Part shown: piece by piece, positions 31,707-32,000 of the stretch
Numbering within the stretch: position 1 is the first letter of the stretch
How the letters are laid out: every line of letters begins with the position of its first letter
Assembly: GCA_900234795.1 (NCBI GenBank)
Contig: LT962688.1
Location: 2,250,001-2,282,000, forward strand
Length of the DNA: 32,000 nucleotides
Direction: 5' to 3'
Source of the DNA: Methylorubrum extorquens
Lineage (GTDB): Bacteria > Pseudomonadota > Alphaproteobacteria > Rhizobiales > Beijerinckiaceae
The notes under the pieces: generated by a model
Databases searched by the model: none
Told to the model about the DNA's origin: nothing
Seen by the model: only the letters and a program-made list of their open reading frames with translations
Program-made: the position numbers and the translations under genes

Positions 31707-32000
31707 ATGCCCGAGGCCTACATCTACGATCACGTCCGCACCCCCCGCGGCCGCGGCAAGCCGGACGGTTCGCTGCACGAGGTGACGGCGTTGCGCCTCG
31801 CCGAGACGGCGTTGCGCGCGCTCAAGGACCGTAACGGCCTCGACACGCGGCAGGTGGACGACGTGGTGCTGGGCTGCGTCGATCCGGTCGGCGAGGCCGG
31901 CGGCGACATCGCCCGCGCCGCCGCGCTCGTGGCCGATTACGGCACCCACGTGCCCGGCGTGCAGATCAACCGCTTCTGTGCCTCGGGCCTCGACGCCATC
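31707..32000 (+). CDS. Acetyl-CoA C-acyltransferase (thiolase), 5' partial; continues past the window end
   Basis: Encodes MPEAYIYDHVRTPRGRGKPDGSLHEV..VDDVVLGCVDPVGEAGGDIARAAAL..VQINRFCASGLDAI. The active-site Cys context is NRFCASGL. The frame is open to the window end. Confidence 0.9.
   Translation, partial: MPEAYIYDHVRTPRGRGKPDGSLHEVTALRLAETALRALKDRNGLDTRQVDDVVLGCVDPVGEAGGDIARAAALVADYGTHVPGVQINRFCASGLDAI

Noticed and set aside
29772-31949. 725-aa ORF on the minus strand
   Set aside because: It is antisense to the acyl-CoA dehydrogenase, the REP-containing spacer and the thiolase start. It has no motifs and a shadow-ORF composition.

Overview
The window is about 70% G+C and reads as core chromosome of an alphaproteobacterium. 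A Methylobacterium-like Rhizobiales origin is an inference from gene order, G+C content and the style of the intergenic palindromic repeats.

Gene content, in order:
- A partial membrane or sensor-like gene (-).
- A Tat-signal MBL-fold hydrolase (+).
- Glutamate synthase gltD and gltB (-).
- A secreted PepSY-like protein (+) and fdhD (-).
- A complete aa3 cytochrome c oxidase cluster in Bradyrhizobium-type order: coxB, coxA/ctaD, ctaB, a 54-aa coxF-like ORF, ctaG, ctaE, DUF983 and SURF1 (+).
- A DUF4864 protein, thrC and an M16 peptidase (+).
- A small membrane ORF (+).
- A Tat-signal Gfo/Idh/MocA oxidoreductase, a PAP2 phosphatase and a 2H phosphoesterase (-).
- An AlgJ/AlgX-like protein (+).
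- A small secreted protein behind an AT-rich island (-).
- A 1112-aa PodJ-like polar organiser with Sel1 repeats (-).
- A long acyl-CoA dehydrogenase followed by the start of a thiolase gene (+).

I found no tRNA, rRNA, CRISPR array, transposase, integrase, phage gene or recognisable defence or toxin system. This looks like an ordinary housekeeping region, not an accessory island.

The most notable observations:
1. Several otherwise intact genes are interrupted by single extra bases. Four cases are certain, all in G/C homopolymer runs (two in gltB, one in the MBL hydrolase, one in the acyl-CoA dehydrogenase). A fifth, in the sensor-like gene, is probable. This pattern looks more like systematic sequencing error than biology.
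2. A perfect 22-bp palindrome lies upstream of the acyl-CoA dehydrogenase/thiolase operon.
3. A sharply AT-rich island with inverted and direct repeats lies upstream of a small secreted-protein gene.
4. A near-consensus CtrA-type box lies upstream of the PodJ-like gene.
5. REP/MITE-like palindromic elements occur in two intergenic regions.

All long antisense ORFs in the track were rejected as high-GC shadow ORFs.
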